A stretch of DNA of 64,000 bases, taken from the NCBI GenBank assembly GCA_036172245.1, contig JAYWIR010000013.1, positions 2,666,001 to 2,730,000 on the forward strand, read 5' to 3'. Numbering within the stretch: the first letter of the stretch is position 1; every line of letters begins with the position of its first letter. The notes under the pieces were generated by a model that made no database searches, was not told the origin of the DNA, and saw only the letters and a list, made by a program, of their open reading frames with translations. Both the position numbers and the translations under genes were made by a program. Positions 1-10,139 of this stretch are shown here, in pieces. Source of the DNA: Raillietiella orientalis (taxonomy: Eukaryota).

Positions 1-972
1 ATGACTGCCTTACTAGGCCGAGCATAGGAATGGTCATCCATCGACCCGACCTGGAGAAGAAAAGAGGCACTGGTAGAAAAGCACCAAATCAAGATCGTGC
101 CTCGGAGCAAGTAGCCCTGGGAGGAAGAAAGCATCTTGTTGATCCCCTAAAAACTTCCGTTTTCTAGGGACACAAGGAGTTGGATCTACCAACGGCCCAG
201 AGTCTCCCTACAGCGAATACAACAGTGGAAGCGGAATGGATTTCAGCATTACTGCGGGATACTCCGATACATGGACATGATGACGGGAAGGTTCACCCAC
301 AAGACCCGCCAAGTGTACAAGTGCCACAACAACTAGGCGTGGTCCAGGATAACCAAGAAAAAACTACGCCGCATTATCAGAGAAGACAAGAACACCGGTG
401 CCCTTTAGGAAGCTGTCCATCGCTACGGGGCTGACATACTCACTGTTGGCGATAGGGGCGATGCTCTGGAGGAGTGAATTACCGCTTGACGCCCAGGAAA
501 ACCTGCTAATGTTCTATCGTGGATAAATCCTGAACGGATTCAAAATGAAATACCTCACAGGAGCAAGAGAAGACAAGGACCGCAAAACGTGCGGGGACGT
601 GGACACAGGACTTTATGTGTTGTCCTGCCCCACAATCCATCATGACTGGAAGACTCTGAAAAGGGTGATAGGGCTCCTGAATTACCCGCTAGCGGAAGAC
701 CTAGCCAAGATGTCCCAGGGAAGTGGAAACGTCCTCTGTTACAACCAATGGTTAGGATGACAGTTGCCCTATTCATCAACGCCATCCTCATAAGATGGTG
801 GAAGATGAGGAACCCCAGAACAGCTGCATTTCCCCTGGAAATCATGAAAGGGGCTTTTCAGAATGAAATCAGCATGAGAAACTGTGGCACAGTGTCAGCC
901 TGGACTTGTGGGTACATCCTGAAAAGGCTTGAAGATAATGCCCAAGCTCAGTCAACGCTCAGCCCATTCTAA
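1..972 (+). mobile_element. Decayed 3' end of a non-LTR retrotransposon ORF2 (zf-RVT-like region)
   Basis: Broken frames give WRSELPLDAQENLLMFYRG*ILNG, then a degenerate Cys motif (RKTCGDVDTGLYVLSCP) and IRWWKMRN, resembling the CxxC..ET..H...C and W..RN motifs at the end of L1-clade ORF2. Contains stops and frameshifts. Confidence 0.55.
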
Positions 973-1269
973 TGCAGAACCCCAGTGTTGTGACTCGTAG
1001 TCAGTGAGCATCAAAGAGAACATAAGCGAAAGTGAGAAGTGGCTGGAATGGGTGAGTTGTAATTGGAATGAGAATAAATCTACCCCACCCCTTGTGAAAC
1101 TTGGAGGAACTTTAAATTGTGATCACGACGGCAACCGGGATTTAAAAACCTCCACCCATCTCCCACCTAGGCAGCTTGGAATACTGCTGCTGCGTTATTT
1201 CTCGTGCGTCCACAGTGGGCAAGAGATTGTGAGTGTTCAGTGGGGAACAAGATGGAGTCGCCAAAACCA

Positions 1270-2515
1270 CGTGGATGGGCCGACCACCAAGGCCCACAGA
1301 GGAGGAAATAGCAAAGATGGAAGTAGAAGCAGCACCTTGCACTCAAGGAGCGTCGACGTCAGTAGCTGCTACAGCAGGTCAGCCGCACTGTCGTACGAGA
1401 GCGTAACCGCGTCAGCCCCACCCGCAAACCTCGCGTCGGTCGCGAGGAACGAGGTCATCGTCCGGTAACTTGTTCAAAAGGATTCAAGCCTTTTTCGGAA
1501 GTTTTGCCCAGAGGTGACCGTCGTCACCTTTCCTATGGTCCGTCTAATCAACAACGCGGTGCGAGATATTTACTTCGAGATCTACAGCAGGAACATCGAC
1601 TTTAAGTATGTTAAAGCGATCTTCCCATTCGTCGGAGGTTTCTTTGTTTACACGGACAGCCAGGACATTATCGACGACCTTGTTGAGAACGGGTTGTCCA
1701 TCAGTGGGAGGACCCTCCGAGGAATCTGGGAGCATACGGCCACGACGATCCATTTGCCAGGCCTCCATCCGATGACTGAGACCAAAGACGTGTTAGCTTA
1801 CTACCGCCAGTACGGCAAAGTGGTGCAAGTGGAAGAGAAAGCCTACCACGAATACACCTTCGAAGGAGAAGCCTTTCTAAAAATGGGGTTGTTGAAAGGG
1901 ACTCAAATATCGAGGCTCATCAACATCGATAACCATTCCAGAAACGTGGACGTAGCCTACAGGGAGTGGCCAGAATTCTGCCGCATCTGCATGACGTTCG
2001 AGCATAGAAAGACGACCTGCCCTGACCGCAAAGCTGGGGGCCACGGAAGGAAGGATTGTCACAAATACAAAGACTGGCTAACCTTTCAAGAGGAAAGACT
2101 ACGGCAAAACGAGAACTCTGCCGATACACTGGAGAAGGTGCCAACCTCTTCCTAGGTGGCGGAAACCCCCGCAAAACGCAAAAGGACGCCGTCGAAGGAG
2201 AAGACCGCGACTCCGGAGGAGCCTGCAACGAAGACGGCGCCCGTCCTCCCGACTTCCGCGAGGGAGAACAGGAGAGAAGTCGCGATCGAAGAGCTGCAGG
2301 CAAAAATCGACGACCCGCGCTCCTCAATTGGCGAGAATGCGAAAGAGGAGCAGAAGGGGCAGGCATTCCAGCAGTCGAAAGATCTATGGGAACGCCTGAG
2401 GCAAGAAGCCATTCCACCTCAAGAAACGATGCACCTAGAGGATCAGGTGTACTCCAGACTTACCCCCCTTATCCTTCCGCAAGAGGAAGGGAAAAAGGAG
2501 AGGGAAAAAGGCTGA
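1270..2515 (+). mobile_element. Non-LTR retrotransposon ORF1 (gag-like, RRM plus CCHC knuckle), disrupted
   Basis: ORF 1514-2155 has an RRM-like segment (IHLPGLHP...LAYYRQYGKVVQV), a CX2CX4HX4C knuckle (CRICMTFEHRKTTC) and a partial second knuckle (GHGRKDC). An in-frame TAG at 2153-2155 is followed by a continuing low-complexity tail to 2515. Confidence 0.75.
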
Positions 2516-3559
2516 GGTCGTATCGTTCTGAAGTGTGAGAGGTACCGTCGACTTTACGCACAACGGGGAGACTAAAACTGCTTCCGGGATATGCCCATCA
2601 GGCCAACCAATCAGGTGAAGCCAACAAGTGTCCGGGACAAGGAACAAGTCCACCTGAATGAGCTGAATGCAAAAGCAGAAGGTTTCACTTCACTGTCCAT
2701 TGGAGAATGAGACCCTCAACATTTCGGAATGACATGCATTTGTACAAAACAAAGTTGAAAATAGAAAATACTGCGTTTGTGGAATAGAGCGATACGCGTC
2801 TGACATCGAGGCTGGAGAGAAGATATTGGATTCTCTTAGAAACCGGCACGTTGAGATGGACAAACAAAATGCCTGATCAGGGGACACAGCGTAATCTGGT
2901 TCTCCATCAGACGATAGAATACAGTCATTTCGTAAACATTCATTATATATACACACGTATATACATGTTTCTCTATATCAGTACACTTTGATGCCCACAA
3001 TGTGCATGTATCTTTTTTGTTTCCAAACTTTGCCCATGTATTCAGGATATATTAATGCACATCACTTGTTAGGTTGAGAAAATATAGATTCATTAATATC
3101 AATGGGAATACATGCATTGATAAAGAATATTCATATTAATCCTATAAGTATGTAGAAACACGGAGGTTAAAATAAGTTTGTAATCAATTATGTATTCATG
3201 TACTTAATAAGCACAAGTACTACTTGATGAGAATCTTCACAATACGCATCCATACGCTTCTTCTCCTAGATACGAACACGAGCACTTTGATTTCGTCTGA
3301 GCTTCCTCAACTTTCCATTTCGGCGCTCGCGATTTTGAAACCATTCCTCATGGACCAACTGGATCGATTTCCCACGCCAGCCGGAGCAGAAATCCATCCT
3401 TTGAAACCATAGCTGGGACCAAGCTAAGCGGACCAAGGAGATCAAGGACAGCAGCCACCACACGGCTGCGAACGCATCAGCAAAGTTCCAGTGACCTTTC
3501 GCGTCAGAAATCACAGGTGCCTAGAGATCCCCAGTCGGCTGGAATGTAGATTCATTGGA

Positions 3560-3900
3560 AGACACATTCCAGCCGGCTCAATGAGAACGCGCAAGGGAAG
3601 AAATCGCTGAAGTCCACCCTGATCAAGGCAAGGAAATAAGCTGCCACGGGCGCCATCGTAGTTGCAACCACTTCGCCGCATCCAAAAATCACCTGCGATC
3701 CGTCCACTATCGCTTCAACCGCGCGGCAAGACCGAGTCGTTGAGACTCAGTCATGCAACGTGGACCAGAAAAAAGAACGACGGCAGGATGGCGCGTGTCG
3801 CAGCTGTGGACTGTGGGATGAGACGCCGCTTCACTTAAACACGGGAAACTTTGCCCACTACGCTGCCGATCACTGTGCTCTCGTAGAAATCCACTGCAAC
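3560..3900 (+). mobile_element. Retroelement remnant with a C-terminal CCHC-like motif
   Basis: GACRSCGLWDETPLHL matches the CxxCG..ETxxH motif at the end of non-LTR ORF2 proteins. Surrounding frames are broken. Confidence 0.4.
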
Positions 3901-4629
3901 GTCCCAACCATCACTGCTGCAAGGAAGAGGATCTCTCTGCAAAGCAGCGCGTTCCCGGTGCAGATTGCAACTTACTCCCGCTCAAAGAGATCTCTAAAAG
4001 GCCTCGTCAGGAAGTCCTGAAAACGGTTTCTGCCCGAGTGAAAGCACGAACACAGTCCTCCGTTCTGCCACTCAGCGTCTAGAATGCTAATATCGAGATT
4101 TTGGCAAAGAGATGGCGCTTTCACAATTGGTTGCTCTGGGCGTTGCGATCCTAGCAGTGATACAGTGCCACGCGAATAAGCTCCGCCCTCTGAGTGGCCA
4201 CAATCCCTAAAACTAAGGCAGAAGATGGTCGCCGCATTCATGTGGCTTTATACCGTGGTGCCCACTGGAGTGTCACTTACTTAAGCGAGCAACCGAGGAA
4301 GGAAGCACACGATCCAAGGAACCTGGGAGGACAAAATACGAGATGCATGTATTAGAGATAGAGGATCGACAGGGAGAACGACGTCATGAATCCAACCACC
4401 GACCCAGAAAATCCGGGACCAAACGCAGGAAGACCATGAAATGCCAGTCTTGAACGCTTGCGTCAGTTGCAATTCACGGTTCGATCCGACTAAGATTGAA
4501 ATGAAAAAGGCCAGCGAATAGGAATGCTTGTTGCTGTTCTTTCACTTTCTCTCAAGAGGAAGAACAGGTTGGAGCAGAGAGCTGCAATCTTCTACACATC
4601 CAATTTCATGTATTTCTTTTGTCTCCTTG

Positions 4630-4880
4630 TTCCTCACCCGTTCCAAAAATTTCGTTCCAAGAACACGCGTTGGACGAGTTGTGCGCAGCCATGCGAACGC
4701 AAAACTTCCTAGAGGACCAACCGGAAAACGTCGATAGCATCGACCAGGACTTCCTTGACGACAAACTGTGCCCATGGGTCGGCAGACGAGGGGAACTTCC
4801 GTCGACGAACCTCCCAGGTGCGGCAAAACATCTCCGGCAATTCCTGAGAGGCGTGAGTCTCCAGAATATTGCATGTTACC
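4630..4880 (+). mobile_element. Diverged fragment of the ORF2 endonuclease C-terminus (paralog of 10636 ORF)
   Basis: LDELCAAMRTQNFLEDQP..IDQDFLDDKLCPWVGRRGELPS..PGAAKHLRQFL aligns by eye with VNEVCASVHASNLLADDP..PDHVFLDDHLHCRVGRRGPVPS..PEAAEHLRQHL of the 10636 ORF, with an internal deletion. Confidence 0.7.
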
Positions 4881-5545
4881 CGAGTGCGCCAGCGCGTTTA
4901 TTCCTTCAAACAAACATTAACAAAATCTGTGGCTAGACCAGTGATTTAGCCATAGATGCGAATGTTTGTGCCTGGCCATGGGAACCCCCAAGCGGATCTA
5001 GTCAGGCCATCCAGTCTACGTCCCAACAACCGCACCAACGACGACTTTGCCTTGTTCACCCGGAGTTTCGTCCCGCGGCTTAGCAGGTCGCAGAAATCGT
5101 CGACTGCCGCTGCCTAGGCGGACATGGGCAACAAGAACAGAAGATAACCGACATGCGCCGATACGGCAGACGTACCGGGAAACGAGCTCGGCAGGGTTGG
5201 TAGAGTTGCCCAGTACGCTGTCAACACTAAATCGAAATAGCTGCTGAAAAGCAGAGGGCTCAGGCTGTCGGCCTGCCGTATGCCGCGCTACACCAGTACA
5301 CAGTACACCTTTTGGCTACTGAAAGAAACATTAATCAGCGCAATGCACCAGCAAGAGCGAAAGAAGGTCATTAAGAAGTCCATCCAGGAATTCCAGAAAA
5401 AGCTCCTAGTCTACGCAGCAAAACGCCTTGCGGGGTGGACGCGTTTTCTTGGTGCTCCTCGGTGTAGGGAACCGGCCCTACTTTGCAAAGTCTTCTGTGG
5501 TTCGGTGGTCGATCAGGCTGCAATGCCTGACACGACCACCAGTGA

Positions 5546-6118
5546 GTGCCAGAGGACGGCGACAACGTCGCCCCAGAGGCGATGGAGGAGGGGGAATCCG
5601 CCCCCACAGAATCCGTCCCCGCTGCAGCGCGGGCGTGGAGAGCCGTCGTAGCGGCGCCTACGCCTGCAGCCGCGGCGGAATTAACTGCATACGAGAAGGA
5701 GCGGTATAACTCCTCACTATTCTACAAGGTAGGAAATTTGTATTCTGCCGAGAGCGCGCGCGAATTCTCGAAGGGGATGAGCGCTCTCAACGTCCAAGAG
5801 GGAGAACTCTGCGTGATCACCATCCGCAGCGGGGGGTAGTAGGTCGAGGTGATCTGCAAACAGGCAAATCTGGCCCAACGACTGCTCAAAACCCCCGTTG
5901 AGATGAGGAAACGCAGGCTTCTTCCCATAACGGTGGACCGCAGCATTGTGGTCCACCTGTCAGCTGTTACAGCGCGGATGTGTAGGGAAACCCTACGCGC
6001 CGCGCTGGAGCAGTACAAAACGGTACATGCGCAGTGGTCCAAGCCTAATCCCTTTGCGGACTATACTGGACTGCAATGCGGCGTCACGGCTGCACGCATC
6101 ACCGTCCGAAAAGGCGTG
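5546..6118 (+). mobile_element. Retrotransposon ORF1 N-terminal part (pseudogenised, truncated)
   Basis: MPED...YNSSLFYKVGNL...IRSGG** VEVICK...LLPITVDRSIVVHL...VHAQWSKPNP..AARITVR is collinear with the minus-strand ORF1 starting at 9769 (MPED...YNPPLLYKVRNL..FRSGGQ..LLPHTVDHSIVIHL..IYAMWRKPN..AARVTLR). It has in-frame stops at ~5837 and is cut at 6118. Confidence 0.75.
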
Positions 6119-7453
6119 GCTTGTCTCATTCTTGTTTTTATTTTCTCATGCCGACATTTGGTTTTGTTTCTTTTAATTTGGTTTCACAGAAAGTTTGCGA
6201 TAACTTCGACGTGCTATATAACTTCACCGCAAAAGCAAGAATCCTTGTCTGGAGCTGAAGCTGTGCCGCTCCAGCATCGGGTGGCCGTGGCCGTCCGAAA
6301 AAGGCATCACTTCTCCGTGAAGATGGCTGACCGGTAAATAGCATTTCGGCTGCTACTGCCTCTCCATGATGCAGCTCACCTATCCGGGATTCCGCGTATG
6401 CAAGAGAGAACTGCTGCACACGCAGCTGCTGGCAAGGCGTCCCACATCAGAAGACGATGGAAAATGCTCGTTAGATTGCCAAACGGAATGTTTAAGCTCG
6501 ACGAAAGTCGATTCCACATCGGGTGGAAGGCGATACATTCGTTTAGCAGAGAAAGAAAGTTTTCCCTTCCCCCTCAGCCTGCACGGTTGGAATGCACACA
6601 TCCTAATGTTCAGAGGGGAAAACGTGCTCTGCAAAGGAGTCCCCAATGGAACACTAGCAACGCAGTCTCCTGCTAATCCTGGGAGGATGTGTCCTTGTCC
6701 AACGCCACCAGCGTCTTCTGAGTGCCACTTCACTTCCTCCGGAGGAATGCCGAGCAGCACGCCCCAGCGCACCAGTGCTTCAGCTGGGACACTCGCGGTA
6801 TGCCCACGTACACCAGCCGTGTCGGCTTATACCAACGATCTGCTGCTGCTGCACCCCATGTTCACCTCGGCATCTGCGCTGGAAAATTTCTTCGAGCCGC
6901 TACGCCGGAGAACACGAATCGAGATGAACAGGACGAAGTCCTCCGCGGTAGTAGTCCGTTCGACAAGATCAGGGCACTAGTACTGGTTCCGATTGAAAAT
7001 CCCCGCGATCCTCTACTTGGAGTACCACGGTGTGCTGTTGGGGGACTGATTAACTGCGGAGGCGTGATCCAGCTGCCTCTAAAATGCTGACGGCTGTCGT
7101 TGCATCCCTTGATGGATAAAGTTTTTTGTCGGAACGGGCTGCGGTATAGAAGACGTTCGTGGCTCCACTTTTGCATCCCTTGCTTTCTGTTTGCTTCCCA
7201 GCCCAGAAGAGTGAGAAAGAAAAGTAGAACCTCGAAGTGATCGATTTCAGGAACAAAAAGAGGTCACGAGCCCATTTCGAGGACATGAGCTCACCGCGTC
7301 GGGATGACGGCCACGGCCACCCGATGCTGGAGCGGCACAGCTTCAGCTCCAGACAAGGATTCTTGCTTTTGCGGTGAACTTTCTGCGAAACCAAATTAAA
7401 AGAAACAAAACCAGATGTCGGCATGAGAAAATAAAAACAAGAATGAGACAAGC
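6119..7453. repeat. Inverted repeat pair 6119-6295 / 7306-7453
   Basis: The reverse complement of 7306-7453 matches 6119-6295 with 2 substitutions, plus a 29-nt extra segment (6196-6224) in the left copy. Confidence 0.93.
6300..7300 (-). mobile_element. Decayed ORF2 C-terminal fragment of the same L1/Tx1-like group
   Basis: Minus-strand translations ALVRWGVLLGIP, LFHWGLLC, RENFLSLLNECIAFHPMWNRLSSSL and AVLSCIRGI parallel GLLRWSEVLGLLP, FLQWGFQC, IESLLHLLLDCSDLRELWRRLASAL and ATVSCIRAI of the 12238-13571 frames. Confidence 0.65.
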
Positions 7454-7756
7454 AAAAACAAGAGGGAGAGAGTCATTTCTATGGCTACACGAAAACCGAA
7501 CCAAAATGCAGCATAACTTAGGAAACCAATCCATAATACCTAACTTTAGTTCTCCGTTTCAGTCACACTACTTAGCTTCATCTTATAGAAAATTCCAGAT
7601 AAACCCCTCCAAACAGGTAAGCAACTAAGTATTACATAAACACAACCCTAAGAATTCTGAAATTGTAGGTTCTATGGCCATGGACCCAGAATTTGCGGAT
7701 ATAAAACGTCATGAAATGACGGAGGTCTTCAAAGAATTCTTACGCTGTGCCGCTGG

Positions 7757-8062
7757 GTGCAGAGCAATCAGTACGGCTCTTTATTCAACGACGAGAACTA
7801 TTGGCATAACATCAATGAATTAAAATACTACAACAGCGTTGAAAGATTACCAGGCATTACAGACATTTTGATTCACAAACTCCGGAACGGTGGATTCCGC
7901 ACAATCTCAGATCTGCACCGACTACTCAGAAATTTCTCTTATAAAACGGAACGGTTTGTATTAATTCTAAGCACTTTCTTAGAAATTGTACAATTCGAGA
8001 TCCATAATGAACTGAGATATCTCTTATTAATCCTGTTCTCCTGGATACTATATAAAAGCTAG
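7757..8062 (+). CDS. Small intronless helix-hairpin-helix protein, BAF-like or RadA/Rad51-N-like; start uncertain, possible pseudogene
   Basis: SVERLPGITDILIHKLRNGGFRTISDL fits an HhH motif. There is no in-frame ATG; an upstream ATG frame (7674, MAMDPEF...) is offset by one frameshift. Confidence 0.45.
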   Translation: MQSNQYGSLFNDENYWHNINELKYYNSVERLPGITDILIHKLRNGGFRTISDLHRLLRNFSYKTERFVLILSTFLEIVQFEIHNELRYLLLILFSWILYKS

Positions 8063-8139
8063 TAAGAGCCAAAAACTGCAAATAAAAAGAAAAAGAAGAA
8101 GAATTTTCAAGTGAATCTAAAATGCACAAAAATTTACCG

Positions 8140-8208
8140 AGGTAAGGTTTGGTTAGGGTAGGATAGGGTGGGTTAAGTTTGGTAAGAAGAGTTTAGGGTA
8201 GGTTAGGA
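8140..8208 (+). repeat. Degenerate pentamer array related to TTAGG
   Basis: ggtaa ggttt ggtta gggta ggata gggtg ggtta agttt ggtaa ... tttag ggtag gttag gataa, with clear 5-nt periodicity. Confidence 0.7.
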
Positions 8209-8569
8209 TAAATACGGTTCTGTTCGGTCCGGCCCCGTGCCTTTTTATTCCTCCCCATATGGCTGGGCACCGACGGAAAGGGACGCCTCCCGGCTCCTGC
8301 TCACGGACGGATCCCCGGGCCATAGGGGAGGAGGAGAAAGAAAGCCTCGACGAGCGCTTAACGGCCGGCGAAATTCTCTTTTGAGGGAGGTCGACCGACT
8401 CTTTTGCGACCTGCAGTTTGTGGGGGAGCCCACCATTCTGGTTCTCTGCCGCCTTCGCGGAATTCCTTTCGTCGCTGCCCACGCACGTGTCGCGGGATTT
8501 CTGCGGCGCTTGCGCGACGTCAGAGACGACCGTTGTTTACACCCGGATATGCCGGGGCATTTCTTTTTG

Positions 8570-9769
8570 AAAAATGAAAGTACATTCAATTCAACGCGAC
8601 CAGAAGAAGGCGTCAGGCCAGCGGCAACGCCTTACATTGGACTCGCCTTTTTGTGCGGAACATCTGCAGGTGGCGCCACTTGGGTGCTCGAAGGACGCAG
8701 CTTGTGAGGATCCTGGACAGGATCCTCACAAGATTTCACCTTCGGTTTCGCGGATGTTGGCGGAATGTTCGCCTTTTTTATTGTTTTCTTCTCGGGGGTT
8801 TCGATTTTGGTTGGGACCATCTTCCAGCCATCCTCGTCGATTGCCTGTTGAGGAATCGCTTCTTGCGTTGGTTCCGTGCTAGGCTGTGCGACTGCCTTGT
8901 TTGCTGGCAGTTGGTCCTTTGCTTGTATATTTATTTTATTTTTTGTTTCCGTCTTCTCCCCCGTATTGTCTTCCGGGTTCTCGGGCGGTGTAGAGACGTC
9001 TTCTTCGGGCAAAGGCCAGTGGGGCCCTTTTGCCGCAGGTTGGGCACCTAGCATCCGGACATCTTTTCCGTAGACGCCCGAAAGTCATGCATTGCCCGCA
9101 ATCTTTTTGCTTCCCTTTCTATTAAATAGATATCAACGAGCTCGTCATTGATCTCCAGTTTATGGGGAATTGTGTGTTTTCGCGGAGAGTTACTCGCGCG
9201 GCCATGCGCCCACTGAATGCGCCTCTATAAGTAAAGTCGTTGGGCTTACGCCACATTGCGTATATCTCCGCGTATTTGTTAAGTTCTGTGCGGATGGCTT
9301 CGTCGCTCATCCGCACCGCTGTTCCTGTTAGGTGGATCACGATCGAGTGATCCACCGTGTGAGGGAGGAGATTCCGCCCTTCGAACGGAACGGGCGTGCA
9401 GAGCAGTTTGTGGGTGAGCGCTGCATCTCTGCAGATGAGCTCCGCAAACTGCCCTCCGCTACGGAACGAAAGGCACGTAATCTCGTCATCGGTAATGCCC
9501 AACTTTCGAGTGACATTTCCGAATTTGCGTGTTGTGATTGCATAACACAAGTTGCGTACCTTATAAAGAAGGGGTGGATTGTACCCTTCCTTGATGGAGG
9601 CTGAAATTTCTGCGGCCACGTCGGGCGTCGCCTTCGCAGCCACCTTGCTCCAAGACCTTCCCGGGACGGCAAGGGAGGTTTTAGCGGTGGGGCATGACCC
9701 CACCTCCATAGATTGGGGAGACCTCGGGTTCACGTCTCCCGTCGCAAATACTGCGGCGTCTTCAGGCAT
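8570..9769 (-). mobile_element. Retrotransposon ORF1 (gag-like) with two degenerate zinc knuckles, frameshifted
   Basis: ATG at 9769 (MPEDAAV...). After a frameshift near 9120 it reads CGQCMTFGRLRKRCPDARCPTCGK..HWPL, followed by a low-complexity tail with EDGWKMVP typical of ORF1 C-termini. Confidence 0.75.
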
Positions 9770-9878
9770 TTCTGCCTTCCAGCGGCCGCACTTCCACATT
9801 AGCGAAAACTTCCTACTTGGTTTCGCTCTCGGGAGCTTGACAAAAACGCGTGCGACCCCATAAAAATATGAGTTGCAA

Positions 9879-10135
9879 TTGTGAGAGGGGCACTTTTGGG
9901 GACGGTGGCCTTCCTTGCCGCGGTTGCCGCAAGCCGGGGTTTGTCCGGCGAAACGAAGACACACGACGGCGTTACCAAAGAGGCGCTGCGAAGGAAGCAG
10001 CCTCCGGTTGTCCATGGTGACGCGCGTTGTGCCGAGTACGCAAGAGAGGCGGAGAACCTTCTTGACAGGGTTCACGCGTCTCCACAATGCGTGCACTTCG
10101 CTTCTTGCACGGAAACCACGAGATCCTTCACACTT
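9879..10135 (-). mobile_element. Third ORF1 fragment (RRM end to CCHC knuckle)
   Basis: EVHALWRRVNP...TTRVTM...FAGQTPACGNRGKEGHRPQKCP, comparable to VHAQWSKPNP and IYAMWRKPN in the other ORF1 copies. Confidence 0.65.
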
Positions 10136-10139
10136 TCCC

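Noticed and set aside
6200..6226. loxP-like text (ATAACTTCG...TGCTATA) within the 29-nt indel
   Set aside because: Only 9 nt of one arm match, and there is no 13-bp inverted second arm or 8-nt spacer. Most likely chance.
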